From Azolla caroliniana (lineage: Eukaryota; Plantae; Polypodiophyta), in NCBI GenBank assembly GCA_043228905.1, contig JBHGNT010000011.1, forward strand, positions 12,028,001 through 12,092,000: DNA of 64,000 bases, given 5' to 3'. Each line of letters begins with the position of its first letter. Within the stretch, counting starts at the first letter, position 1. Positions 37,636 through 51,560 of this stretch are shown piece by piece. Under the pieces are notes generated by a model. The model was not told the DNA's origin. It worked only from the letters and a program-made list of their open reading frames with translations, and did not search any database. Both the position numbers and the translations under genes were made by a program.

Positions 37636-38609
37636 TTAGCTTGGCATTCCATTGCTAATTGGATTGGGACCAGAAGGAACTTCATGGCCTACTCTCCTCT
37701 TCATCCTCCTAACATCCTCCTCATACTGAATGCTATTTACATGAGAATTATTACATATTATAAGTTTGGATACATACTCATGATTATGATCATTATACTT
37801 ACTGGTGCTTGTCATGGCATAGCTATATAATTTCCTTAGATTTGTTAACCACATTCTAGCAGTTGATGATGCTTCTTCCTCTTGTCTCCACATAGTATCC
37901 TGTCGGCCACCTGATTCCTCATGTGTCTAGTGATGGTCACATGAAAAATTAATTCATGGGTTAATAATATTCACCAATCTGGGTTAATATAATTAATGAA
38001 TTCCAACGTCTCATCATCCACTAATTCCTTCCAATGAGATGCTCTTTCTTCTTCTTTCAATGATGAGATGATTTCGATGATTTAATACTTGAAAAGGCAT
38101 TAAATTAAAGGGAATGATAAGCTAAGACATATCATTACATTATATGCATACTGATGTTATTTATACCTTTGAATTAGATGAGGATACCTTTGAGATTGAA
38201 TTAGTGGGTAAATTGGACATTAACATCATATGATGTAAGAATGGGCGTCCTTGCATGTAATTATAAGGATCCGGGAGCGAATTGATGTAATCTGATCCAC
38301 ATACACACACTCCACACTTAAATTGATTCATACAAATATAGTTTGCCCACAATTCAGTCTTTCTAAATATACATACATGCATGTACATAAATGGAAAAAG
38401 TTTCCTTAATATAAATTATGATTTTGATGAAATGGAATTGATTTATATGTTAAATTACCTGATGTAAATAGCAAAGGATCGGTTGCAGTTGTGAGTAGTA
38501 TAATTAGAAGGATTAATAAGCAGGACAACATGAACGTTGTGATGATGAAAATGGAAACTACAACAACATCGGTTATAATATACTTGTTATTAACATATAT
38601 TCTCTGCAT
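37636..38609 (-). CDS. CLE41: CLE41/44-type (TDIF) secreted peptide precursor, 3 coding exons, ~188 aa
   Basis: The last exon encodes ...KRRVG-HEVPSGPNPISN-GMPS*, an exact TDIF dodecapeptide (37651-37686). Proposed exons: 38609-38459 (hydrophobic signal/anchor VVVVSIFIITTFMLSCLLILLIILL), 38291-38167 (alternative donor 38188) and 37926-37636. All are GT-AG and phase-compatible. Confidence 0.88.
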
Positions 38610-40943
38610 AATGAGCCCGATGTATTATTATATGCTCATATTCTGCAAAAAGAGAACTGTGTAATCATCAAAACAGTTTTTACAGCACAGGATAATGTCC
38701 TCAATTAGTAACAGAACTTGGTAAGTTTGAGTATCATTAATAGTGTGAGCATTATTTCAAAGGATTGTACTCATGTAAAAGAAACCAAATTTGTATTGTT
38801 TCTGGGCAATCAATCCTTAGCATATTAAAGACATGTGAAAAGCAATGCATTCACATACATACATATAAATATGCGTATATACACAATGCATACATACAAC
38901 ATATATGTATGTATGTAAATGTATGTATGTATGTGAATGTATGTATGTATGTATGTAAATGTATGTATGTATTGCAGAAATAAGGGCTCTTAAATTGGTC
39001 ATACTATGTGTGGATGGATTAAAGAAAGCCTACATTTGAAGGAGGTAATATAGCATGCATGCATGAATATATAGTAATTAAAGAAGCTCACTAAATGTGG
39101 AAGAGGCATTCATGTCTATTGCAATGTGCATGCATGCAATGCAATATACACATATACATATGGATAGAAAGAAGTCATCTCTGAATTTGGGGAGACTAGA
39201 GGGCAAGAAAGCAAGAATATGTATGTATGTATGTATGCCATGTGATGTGATGTGATGTGATGCTATGTGTGATGTGTGCTGTCATGACATGATGATACAT
39301 GACAAGCTCAATACAAGTAAAAAAAGGGTACAAACATGTGAATATAATGTTTTGGAATGGTCTCATTTTCAATGCCAAGCCAGGAATGATTGATAAAATA
39401 GTGGATTGAATGTTGGTTAGAGGTGGTACCATAATCATCACAATCATTGATGGACTACTTTGTTTAGGCCTTATCCTATCAAAACTTGAAATGTTACGGG
39501 CACCCGATTTGGTTCAAACTCTCATAGTAACACATGCATGAAGTTATTACACACATATGTACACTCACAAGCACGCGCATGCACACACACATATATATAT
39601 CTCTATATGGTTTTAGCTTCTATAGCTTTAGCCCAATTTGTTTCTTCTTGTTTGGGTTAGCTTCTTAAGCTCATAAATTCTAATAGCTACTTGAGACTTG
39701 CAAGTTAGGAGGATGAGATGGTTGTAATAGGCATGAGATATATTGATGACGGCCAAGCAAGATTTATATCACCATTGTCATCGTTATCACCGTGCCCATC
39801 CCCACATGCTTCGTCTCAATGTACATCATATGGATTTAGAATCTATAACCTTTATGAGTCTAAGGAGTGTCTCTCTCTTTCTCCTTCTCTCAAATTATGT
39901 ACTCTTTGAGCTTATACACCAATGAGCTTCTTTAAATCTATTTCATGGCACATGTGTTAAGTCTTGCTTTCTAGTGCATTTACTTCAATGCCATACCCAA
40001 CATGGCTTGTGTCTCCCAAATTGCAATCCATGCCACGAGCCAAGTTGCAAAGACATTGCAGGGGCATCATGCGTGTTAATTATTAAGATGCAAATCACTT
40101 GGGGACCCTAGAGAGTGGTCCCAAACTTAAGGCACCTTCAAAAAAACAAAGCATTCAATGTTGTTCCTACATATATCCCACTTTTGAGTCATTCAAATAT
40201 GTTATTCATAGTGACTTACCAAAGGTTAAAGGACATGGTGGTGTTTCATGTCATTTCTTATTCATTCAATGGTGCTCCATGTGGTTCCTTGTGGACATCC
40301 TCAGAGAATAACTACCATATTTGATAGTTTGTGTTAGTCAAAGGTGACCATATAGAGCCCAAGTTTAGGGAAGAAATGTTTAAGGATACCATAAGCTACT
40401 CCGAGGTGAGATAGACCTCATATTTAGAAAAGGCATGTTAGAGGATACCATATATTATTCCAAAGTTTTCGACTTCTAACATTTCATTTAATTGTAAGCT
40501 TTGCCAGAAGCTTGAAATTACTAACAAGGCCTCTCTAATTGTAGTAATATATAGCTCAAAACTATACTTTGTCATTGATCTTGTGCCAAAGGTGTGAGCT
40601 ATAGTAGTAGCTCAATTCTTTTGGCAACCATATTTAACTTCACCTAGACGAATTCAAACATGATTCTTTTTTACATTCTCAATGTTTACGGCATACACAC
40701 TTTGATATAATATAAGTATATTAAACTTTTTTCTCCTTCCTTGTTACCAATGTAATAATCTTTAGATGCTTCAAAATACATAAATGAAGGAAGATGAGCA
40801 TCCATCTAAAGGATGGATACATTCAAAAGTTATATTTAACCTTTTTCCTTATTCCAAACTTCTCACATCACTTTTAACTTTGATCTAGTAGCGGATGTAG
40901 AATGTGGATATTTTCTTAGGCAATGCCAAAAATATCTTCAATC

Positions 40944-41006
40944 CTGGCATTAACGCATATTATCTGGCATTAACGCATATTATCTGGCATTAACGCATAT
41001 TATCTG
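40944..41006. repeat. Perfect 20-bp tandem repeat, three copies
   Basis: CTGGCATTAACGCATATTAT x3 plus a partial copy. Confidence 0.95.
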
Positions 41007-44000
41007 TATAAAAAATTGTTCATGATTGCGCCCGAAATCATCTTTCATAAAATGCATGCATATTACTTAATAAGGTAAAAGATATCAACAACAATGAGAA
41101 CCCCAAGCACGATTAAAATTAAATGAGCAATAAGGTTTCAAAGGCTAGTTGAACTTTTAAATTTGCTTTCACCATGGTGGGATGCTAACTAAGAAGCACT
41201 TCTACTCAATAAATTCCCCTTTGAGTTACTTAGCCCTCCAAACCACATATTATTAATGTATCCTAATGGTTCTTTTGTTTGGGCACCTTCCAATTACCTT
41301 CACATAATTAGTTACATTTGGTCGACCAAGATAGACGCTCATGCCAAATACCATCCTTTGACACCTCCATGTGACAAAAATTAATGTACTTCCAAATAAC
41401 TCCAATACGGAATGTACTCATACTTAATGTAAATGCAAACAGTCTTATAATTGGGATGCACATTTCATAGTATAACATATATCTTGAACTCTTTATCATC
41501 TAAAAGTATTACATTTTACTCACAAAAATGTTTTAGAAACATATATTGAGTTCAATTGGTAAAAATGTTATAACAACACACAATTGTATTTTACACATGT
41601 ATGCTTTTGCATTGAATGACTTGTGCATTTGGCTTTGACCAATAGTACATTGTCTTGGACTATACATATACAGTACTAAAAGATTGTGTACACATTTGAC
41701 TAGTTACACTCTTTTTTGCATATTTTTTCAGATGATATTGCATGTATAATTGTTTGATTACCCGTATAATGGCATGAAGGGTTTCCAACTTGTAGTATAT
41801 TAAGCTTTACAAAATGAAAACATGTATACAAATTACCATTCCATCAGGATCATGACTTAAATCTATTTATTTTTATTCATGGGTGATTGCACTAGAAATC
41901 AAAGACTCGAAGGAGTGTATTGACGCATTGGATATCCTCACATTGAGATATTACACCATTTTTACTTGTGCTTAGCATAGAGGTGGTTAGCCAAACATGA
42001 TTTTTCATGAGATATGTAAGATGTTTTTTATTCTAAAAGGAGCTCTCATGCATTTATTGCCACATTTAACAAAATATAGTTACCATAATAATGTAAGCAC
42101 CACAAAGAGTCATCGTATGTGATGCCTACTTGTGGCACATGACATGTACTTCTTTCTAGTATGTATGTGAAAAGAACTTCTCATGTAATTTTATTTTCTC
42201 AAGATAGACCAATCAAATATTACCTTGGAGAGGCACAAAACTTTGGAGAACAATTATATGTGAACTTTGGTCATTCATGAGGTCGAGTTTTAATCTCTAT
42301 TTTTTATGAGCCATTTTGCATGGAATTGAACATGCTTGTATGCAAAGTTTCTTAGGTTGGTCATAGTGGAGAAGGTTTTAGTGGAATGATCGGCTCGTAG
42401 ATTCTTTTGATTTAGTGTTCACAATTGGGAACAATCAATATGGAAGACAAAACCTACACTTTACACACATACGATTCCTAACAAATAAGAACGTCTCAAA
42501 TGTTGATGAGCAAATAATCTTTGGGGAAGGAAATGCACTATGATGGTCTGAATGGTAATTGGAAGCGTGGCTCTTGAATCAACTTGTGACAAGAGGTAGA
42601 CATCTCATACTCACTTCGAAAAATGATATAAGCAATTTCACAAGTGTGAATTGAGTTGTAATCGTTTTCAACCTTTGAAATAATTTTCGTCACCTTTCTT
42701 GATTTTGAATGAATGTTATTTTGAGGTGGAAGTTTTGTTGAATACAAACTACAAATTAAAAGAAATAAAAATGTGCACGTTATCTTGTTAAATTTAAAGA
42801 GGTGTAAGGAGAACTTTACGTCAACAAAGCTAGACCAAAAACATTGGTCCAACGAATGGATTTTGTAACTTCAATATTAGAAGACTTGAACTCAAGCATG
42901 TTAGCACACATTCTATGCAACATAATAGATCAAACATTCATACCCATGCAACATAATAGACCATCCATGAAGGGAGACATTTCATTGAAAAATGATACAC
43001 AATGTCCATGGGGAAGCATAAGCGAATTGCATAAGGATCACCAAGCTCTTCTAAAGTCTGAATCAAATAAAGTTTCTTCCACATTTATCTTAATTGTTTT
43101 TCCCCCTCTTTAGACTTCTACGATAATTCAAACATTGCACAAACCTCTACATAGCTATGTTTGTGTGCCGTTCCAAATAGATTTGAGGACATAATGGGAG
43201 GGGGTTTCATAATCTTGGTGCTAATAACAGGTTTTCTTGGGAATTCACAATGCATTGATGAAAGCCCACATGAAAAGTTTCCGAAAAGGACTTATAAGGT
43301 GTGATATGCAAAACAATAAAGGCTAGAAAAAGAGTAAGACAATACAAAACAACATGTCAACAAGGCATTAAGGATCCTTTATTGGATGTTTGAAACAAAA
43401 TATGTAACTACATTGTTATGGATCATCAAACATTGAATAAGTCTAAACCTAAATGAAATAGAGCCATAGAATTCCCTTTCATGGATCACACAAAGGACAT
43501 GAAAATTACTTGTAATGACAAATTACATGAGAGACTTTTGAGAACAAATAGCATCTATTAGATGTCAAGACACAATGATGTTGACAAAGCAGCACACAAT
43601 AAATGAGACAAGGAATGATACATCTAGTTTCAAAACCACATCAAACTCAAATCAATCTCGCATAAGAGTTACTAATGGATATCTTTATCAATAATGACAC
43701 AATCTTCTCCAAGGTTAGCTTGGAGGATTCCTTTTTAGAGGAGCTTAGATTGGCCATAAACAATGAAAGATATGTTTAATAACCTCTAATTGACCTATCC
43801 ATAATACTACAATAGGATGTACAAAATGATGCACAATTCAATCTCACTATTTTATTGTGGTATATTTCCAAGACATCAACTACTAGACCCACCCATATGT
43901 TGATATATGATTTTGCATATGCCCTTGGTGGTTAATCTATAGGGTACTAAAATGAATCATCAAACATGTGTTTGATTGCATTTGCCACATCAATAATTGT

Positions 44001-44612
44001 GGATAATCATGGCCAGATGGAAAAAAAGATATATGCTAGCCAAATCAGAATGAATTTGAATATTTCATTCGAAATCAAGCACGATGAATATTTCATTAAA
44101 TTGGTTCGAGTTACTATCCAAAAGATGAAAGTGCCAAACATTATTCATGAATATACATGATATATATGTACATAAGAGAATAACGGGTTAAATATTGCAA
44201 CTAATGAAATGTTGCAAAACATGAGGATGACTTAAGGGCAATAAACAAGACACTTCTGTATACAAAACCAAAAGGCATGAGATTTTCATAATCGTTAAGG
44301 ATAATACGGAGGGCAGCTTCGTTAGTCCTGAATATATGCATTTAGTCATAAAAGAATTAGACATAATAGCTCTGAGAGAATGTTAACAGCTTAAAACGAA
44401 TTGCTATATCCATGTCTTTTGATACATAAATGGACCTAGGCATCAAGACTTCATCACCACCCTCAAATGTGTTACAAGATGACCCGATAACTCAAAAACG
44501 ATTTAACACCAAGGTTATCAAATATAATGAAAGCTTCCTTCAAGGAAAAGGAAAGGTTCTATTATCGAGGAAACATGATTAGGAGACTTTGCTCCTTGTT
44601 TTGTATTTGTCA

Positions 44613-47540
44613 TCACATCACAAGAACTTTTGAGGATTTTGTTACCGACTCAATCAACTGATACATCCATCGATCCAACAGCCCTAGCAATGAAAATATA
44701 TGTCACCAGTCAAGTTATTGTTATTTGCGTGTTTATCATTCTTCAGATTTACCCCACAGTTTACTTTGTCTATTTGACGATTTAGATTTGACATTTTATT
44801 TTACCTATGAGAGCGAAAGTGCCACCCAACACCGCGCAGAGGCGTGTGATGAAATGCATAAAGTTCCTTCTCTCTTCTTTGATTGTCACGATAATTGGAG
44901 AAAGGTCATAGATGAAATAAACAGCTGACAAGAAAAAATTATTGGCACTAGTTAGCGAATTGTCATTGAATTCGTTCCATAAATCATATATACTTATACT
45001 CAGATATATGGTTCTATGATAAACTTGGTTTTTTTTTTAACCAACCAACCTGGCCAACTCCGATCATAATTCTTCAGTGGTGTAAAATATTCCGTTACCG
45101 AAAACTGATTGGTGTTCATCGTTTCACCTTTAAGGTATCTATATTCGGTAGGAACAATCTGGATGCACAAAAAATCAAATACACTGACACAAACTTTCTC
45201 CCTCAATATGCTTGCCCTAGCAGTAAAGTACGCTATCAATGCAATGTTGTGAGTTCAATTTCTTATACAATCAAATCACATACCACTTCCCCTAAAACAC
45301 ATATCACATATGTGTATCTAAGTAACAATGTCAAGGTTTCCAAACAGCTAAACAAAGCCACGAACCTTGAGAAAATATTTGAAACTGCCACTTTCATCGT
45401 GGAGAATACGAACATTCCCGTCCAGAGGATTATGGATACCCGGATACATTGGTCCAAACGAAAGGTCATGAATAATATGACTCACATTCACTTGTTTCAC
45501 ATTATCAAAAATCTGGAATACAATTGTCACAAAAAGAAAATTTGAATAAATGAATAAATATATATTGTATATATCCAACATTTAAAAACTAATCCCATTT
45601 TAATTCTTTGTTTCAGTGTGAGAAATGTATTCCATTCACCCCAAACTAACTATCATATATTTGCCTCAATCCCACTAAATCTTCCGAAAATTTACCAGAA
45701 TGCCTAAACATTGATGGTGTTATTTGGGTAAATTTTGGAAAGCTTGCAGTATTTGGGTAAAATTCTTAGAAACTTAAAGAGTATTTGGGTGAAAAACACA
45801 CAAAGAGCAAGTTAGGGGCATTTCTGGAGAAAGTCTTTCGGTAAAAATACAAACCCACAGCAAGTTAAGTTCATTTCTGGAATATGTTTTTCCACTATTT
45901 TGTTTGAAAGCAACTTAACCTGCTGAGCTACTATAATGCTGAGACCATGGATGGATATATGGAAGTTCCCAGCAACACGTTGCACATCGAGAGCTCCAAA
46001 TACCTTATTTTAAAAATAGAAACATATGTAAATATATATATATATATATCTTAATGAACATATTCCTTTTACAAAGAACAAATGTTCTGAATATAGATAT
46101 ATAAATATACATAGATAGAGATAGATATGAGTCTTAAGCATATTACAGACATACCCGGCAACCTTCTTTGTCCTGCATTGCTTGTTTCACCTCCTTGATG
46201 GTCTTCTCAGGATCTTTATCAAAACTATGAGAATGCGACGGAACATTATGGTGATCACCTGCACCCTGCTTATGATGTTCATCACTTGCTATCCATAAGC
46301 AAAGACACAAAATGAGGAATAGAGCAGTTATAATTAGCTCAACAATGTTTCCAAGTATGTTAAAATATCATCATCACCTCTACAACCACCACCACTATCA
46401 TCATTAACTAGTAAAGTCTTTCGTCTAATCTAATTTAAAGAACTTAATCTAATCTATCTATCTTCAAATTTGGCAATGTTCTAGAATCCTTACTTTCAAG
46501 TTTGCAAAGCATATCTCAATTTTTTTACATCAGTATAATATATAGCATATATATATATATATATAAAATTTCTATATCAAAAATATATATAGTATCTATA
46601 AATACATACCATGTCCTTCATGATGGCCTCGCTCTACCAGGTCAGACAAATATTCGGACCCGAGAATATAACCATCTTTATGCAACCTCAACTGGAGAAT
46701 CATATGATGTTATTATTTGTATGTAATGATAATAAAGGGCATTGTTTAATTCCCAATAGATGTGACTTAGTGGGGGAAAAAAAGCGAAGGTACCTTCCAT
46801 ATATTGGTATCAAGATCAACTTCATGCTTTCCAGATAAATCAATCGCATCAATGCTTATAACTGTGAATATAATCCGAGCATATTTTTATGAATTCTCGC
46901 ACATGGTATTGCTATATATAGAGAAAAACTAATACATACTTTGGCAAGGAAGTGCAGGAAATGTCATGTTGATATGAATCGGAAGAGTCTCTCCTTGTGT
47001 GTGATCAACTGCCATCTATGAATGAAAGAGGAATTACGCTGTAGTCGGTAAAAAGGTAAACTAAAAAAGAAATGAAAAAATGAGCTCATTTCAGAACTAC
47101 CTGATGAACTACTTCAGTTGTTAGATAGTACTTCAACTCGTGTAGGAACAACGTTGACATGACGGCAAGCCCAATAAGTGATACTGCGTAGGAATACAAA
47201 ACAAGCTACTATTTTTACTTGTAAACTTGTTATAATATGTTTATTTCTTTTTTTTCCAAATAGTCTTTGTCACTTGTTTCAGTGTCAAATATGACTGTGA
47301 TCAAGAAAAACATGTTTACTGGAACTCAAATACAACAAATATATATTTAATTCATTTAGCTCAAGGGGAACTGATAATGTTTTACTCTTCTATATAGAAG
47401 AGAAAAGGTACTATTACTCAAGGAATACTCAAAATTTTAGCACACACACCTATAGCACCAGACGAGGTCTTTGATGTCAAATGCTCCTCCGCATGGGGAA
47501 ATGCATCAAAATTCTTCAATACCTGAAATCTTGATCCCAT
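44613..47540 (-). CDS. Endoplasmic reticulum vesicle transporter (Erv41/Erv46/ERGIC family), 11 exons, 354 aa
   Basis: Exons 47540-47450, 47183-47101, 47015-46940, 46861-46794, 46691-46610, 46288-46155, 46003-45920, 45512-45366, 45158-45050, 44924-44805 and 44683-44613 splice in frame. Motifs: FDAFP, INMTFPALPC, EGCRVFG.LDVQRVAGNFHIS, NVSHIIHDLSFG, NPLDG, FKYFLKIVPT, NQFSVTE, YDLSPI, RLCAVLGG. Confidence 0.95.
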
Positions 47541-48772
47541 TGCTTTAATCTGTGCGTTAAAACAGGCATTTGGATGAAAACATTAGTGAGCACCTCACCG
47601 AAAGAAAAGAATATATATGGCATACTAGTCATAAAAACTTCTTTGGAATCTTAACATGTACACAACATGACATATTCAACTTAAACGTCTATTTCACATT
47701 AGCTGGCAATTAAAGCAGGACATCAATGACTCATAGTTAAATATTTGTGGGAATCTCAACTTCCATGCATGGCATAAACATAACGAATCCAAATTAACGC
47801 GGAATTAGAGAGCAGACATATCAGACTCGCCTCCCTAAACATCTGGATGGGCACCTTCACATATGACATGAGATGATATGACATGATCTGAGCAAACATT
47901 TGTGAGCTAAATGTAGACAGAAAGTTAACACTGCTTTTTGTCCAAATAATGCTATACAAGATTCACATAAACCAACCATAGATTTTGACCTAAAATCCTG
48001 TCGGTTTCAGGCATTTTAAGCAATTCCTGTTAACAGCATTGTCGAATTCATGAAAACTTTTGACGAATTTTTGAGCTTGCAGGCAGGAAATATTTCCAAA
48101 GAAATACATAGAATTTATGCAAAGTTCCACAACGAGCTTTGTGGTGTCTTTTCCCAACATTTATGATCATTTCAAGCATTAAAGGAAGACCAAGGCCAAA
48201 TAAAATCTCATAAACTTGTGATATTTTTTTCTTACAATTTTCCTATTATTTCATGCAAGCAAAGGAAAACAATATTGGATTTTTGACTAAAACCTTGTTC
48301 CTTTTTAGACAGTTTGCTGTTATTTTTAGGTATAAATTAGCTAAATTCTCAGAAACCTGCGGTATTTCCATCAAATTTTCCTACTATTACAAGCAAGAAA
48401 ATAAAAATTCGGCACAATTATCTGCAAAAAGTCCATAAATTTGCGGTATTTTCTCACAGTAGAAAAGGAAAAAAAACCCAGCCGAGTAGTAAAGATTAAT
48501 CTTTCTGAAAAGGAAAAATAATCACCAGTAAAAACAAAATTATTCACCAAATAAGCATAAAAAATAAAAAAACTCGTCCGATTAGCAGAAATAATCCCCC
48601 CATAAAACCCCCATCTCAATCAAATAATCAAAAAGATTGTAAACGTTGGATTAAGTAACAGATGCTTTTACTTTTTCTGTTCATTGAATAGTACCAAACA
48701 AAATGAATTTGAAAATATCGCGAGAGAAAGGAAGGGCAAAAAAAGGGAATAGGAATCAAAGGAAGAACTGAC

Positions 48773-48960
48773 CGATTGGGTGAAGCGAGAAGAAGACGCA
48801 GAGATTTATCAGATCGATGAAGAAGAAAGGGGAGGAGGAAGACCCCTTCAATGTAGAGTAATAGAGGCAGATAAAAAAAACAGGGGAGCATGAAAACATA
48901 TAATAATAATCTCAAGGAAATACCCCCTTCCCTCACTCTTTTTGCTCCTTTATAAATTTC
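48773..48960 (-). promoter_or_regulatory. Probable TATA region and non-coding first exon of the ERGIC-family gene
   Basis: TATAAA-like box at ~48950, a CT-rich leader, and donor ATCG|GTCAGT at 48772. Confidence 0.45.
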
Positions 48961-49449
48961 TCCCTAAAATGCCCCTCAATTTTTCCTTATTTACTCTATA
49001 ACCCTTGAGTTTTCCTTATTTACTCTAGACGCCATTAATTTGTGAGAAAAACCCACCAGAAGTGGGGAGAGCACTATGATGAGAAATCACCAGATACTAC
49101 CATTGTCATGTAAAACATGCGTGCATGTGCATGTGCTATATTTGAGTGGGACCACAGGGGGTCTTGGACTAGGGAGTCGAAAAGGCAGAGGAGTCAAATG
49201 GGGGTAAGTCGAAGGTCGTGCTAATAGAAGACTCGAGCTAATCGAAAGATCGTGCTAGTCTAAAGGTCGAACTAATCGAAGGCTCACACTTGTCGAAGGC
49301 TTACTCTTGTTCAAGAAACGCATATGTCGAAGAAACTCACTCACTTGTCGAAAGAAGGGCATATGCTAAGACTGTCGAAATGGGTTGATTAAGAAAAGAA
49401 CGGATCAAGCCATGGTGATGCAGGCATTATAGATCGCACTACGTTGAAT

Positions 49450-49888
49450 GCTCAGGGCCAGCCGGAACGAGCCCAGGCCTTGTAATGAAGCATAAAGCCA
49501 ATCAGATGGGAGTCTACACCTCTAAGTCGGAGGAGTTCTGGTATGTGGATTCCACAACATCGAACCTCCTGATGAGCCATATAGAATGGTTCTCATCTCT
49601 TAAGAAGCCGGAATAGCTAGGAGTTGTCGAAATTGGCAACAACATCGCGCATCCCATTGAGCAGGTGGGTGATATATTGCTCAGCCATGTCGGACAAAAA
49701 GGACCGATGCGGAATGTACTACATGTCCCAACAATTGCAAAGAACTTAGTCTCTGTCGGACAAATGGTCGATCAAGGAATGCAAGTACGGTTCAATCACC
49801 ACGACTGCTTCATCGAGGATGAGGGTTGGTTTATCGCTCGTGGGCATAGAGATTGGGGGATGTTCATTCTCGAGACAAACGATGTTGG
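49450..49888 (+). mobile_element. Copia protease fragment (same family as 62576-63736)
   Basis: Reads LVMKHKAN...SKSEEFWYVDS..SN..., then NVLHVPTIAKNLVSVGQMVDQGMQV. Cut by an LTR insertion. Confidence 0.85.
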
Positions 49889-50632
49889 TGTTAGGAAACA
49901 AGTCCCTCTAGATGGGAAGTAAAGCACGAGCCAAATCGGTTGGATTTGAGGAAGAAGAAAGACCGGATCCGGATAGGCATCCGAGAAAGGTCATATTTGA
50001 AAATAGGTTTTGATGCGCCTATTTGGGCCAAAATTGTAAATAATCCTAAAGTTGTATTAGTATAAATACAACTAGGGCAAATCATTGGATGATGATTTTT
50101 AGAGGATTAGTTACTGTTGGTTGTTGCTTGTGTAACTTGAGAGTAAGAGAGAGAGAGAAAGAGAGTGAGTGAGAATGAGAGGGACTTTGTAATCGGCGAG
50201 CTAAAGAAGAAGAACTCAAGGTAGTTGCCTTGAAGTTTCTTATTGTATATCTTACTCATATAGTGATAACTCATATAGTGATATAGTGTGGAGACTGAGG
50301 ACTCTCGTGGTTTTTTCCCTACAGGGGATTTCCACATAAAATACTTGTCTCTCAGTGTCTTTTGTTTTCTGTCATTTTTTATCTTTGCATCCGCTCGTAC
50401 GCACGAGTATCAACCGGTTGTGGCCAGTAGTATCCTCACAAACTGGTATCAGAGCAAGATGGATGAACATTTTGGTGGAATGTTCAAGTTAACCGGCTCC
50501 AATTACTTAGTGTGGAAGTCGAAGATGCAAGATATGCTCGTATGTAAAGATTTATGGTTGCCGGTGCAATATGGCAAGACTAAGCCTGACAAGATTGATG
50601 CATCTACTTGGGAAGTCATGCATCTGAAGGCA
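49889..50632 (+). mobile_element. Copia 5' LTR (49889-50440), tRNA-Met PBS and gag start
   Basis: TGTTAGGA...TCCTCACA termini, PBS TGGTATCAGAGC at 50444-50455, and ATG at 50459 starting MDEHFGGMFKLTGSNYLVWKSKMQDMLVCKDLW. Confidence 0.88.
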
Positions 50633-50879
50633 CTCTCCCTCCCTTGAGAAGAAGTCTCTCTCTCTCGCTCTGTCACTCTCCCTCTCCATCACTAATCTCT
50701 CTCTCCCTCTCTCCATGTATGTGTTTGTCAATCTGAGAGCCAATTTGCGATGGCAATAGCGATTTCTCCTGTGTCTATTTCTAATGTATTCAAGGCTTGC
50801 TGGACATGGTCATTCAACCCCCTTCCCCTTTTCTCAGTCTCTCTGCCTAAAACCCTAGCCACCCATAAATGAGAAAATC

Positions 50880-51350
50880 TAAGGTCATGAATGCAACTCA
50901 ATTGACAACCAAAAGAGTGGAGGAGCTTTCAGCTAAGTTGTTAGCTTCTCATGGTTCCATTATATCTGAGACTGAAGAAAATGGCAACATTTTGTTGATA
51001 AAGCACACTGATTGACATGTATATCAAATGTAGAACTCTAAAGGATGCAAGGAAGGTCTTGGATATAAATACAACAAGGAACGTTGTTGTATGGAATACA
51101 ATGATATCAGGAAATTCAGAAAATATCAAGGAAGCTTTCAAGCTTCTTAAATGGTGCAAGATGGATGAAGTTACCTTTTTAAACATATACTCAAAGCTTG
51201 CAACAATAAATTAGACCCAGGACATTGTAAGCTTGTTAATATCTTTTGTGTCAAAAGTGGGTATGAAAGATATCTGTATGTTGGGAGCACCTTGGTGTAT
51301 GTATATGCTACTTCTAGGAGCTTACAAGATGCTATGGAAGTATTTCATGT
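50880..51350 (+). pseudogene. PLS-class PPR pseudogene fragment
   Basis: LIDMYIKCRTLKDARKVLD...RNVVVWNTMISG, DEVTFLNI and YVGSTLVYVYA..RSLQDAMEVF, with frameshifts. Confidence 0.8.
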
Positions 51351-51376
51351 CGAGTTTTCAAGATCGGTCACCAAAA

Positions 51377-51560
51377 TTAGGCACTTCCTCTTAACATTTC
51401 AGCTCTTCCAAGCACATCCACCATGCAATCATAATGCTCTAGTGTGTGGCCATAATGCCAGCCATGTTCTTTCCGCATCTCATCAAAGTAGGTCTGTGCT
51501 TCTTCTACTAAGCATGTATGACTACATGCAATAAGAACCCCGACCAAGTATCCAACATAG
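51377..51560 (-). pseudogene. PLS-class PPR L2/S2 fragment on the opposite strand
   Basis: VGVLIACSHTCLVEEAQTYFDEMRKEHG...LEHYDCMVDVLGRA. Confidence 0.85.

Noticed and set aside
37975-38090. Possible extra CLE exon (SSLKEEERASHWKELVDD...)
   Set aside because: The nearest acceptor leads to stops in all phases, and skipping it gives a phase-compatible model.
41900-43960. Possible ancient L1 ORF1/endonuclease remnant on the minus strand
   Set aside because: Motif traces are too weak to call without an HMM search.
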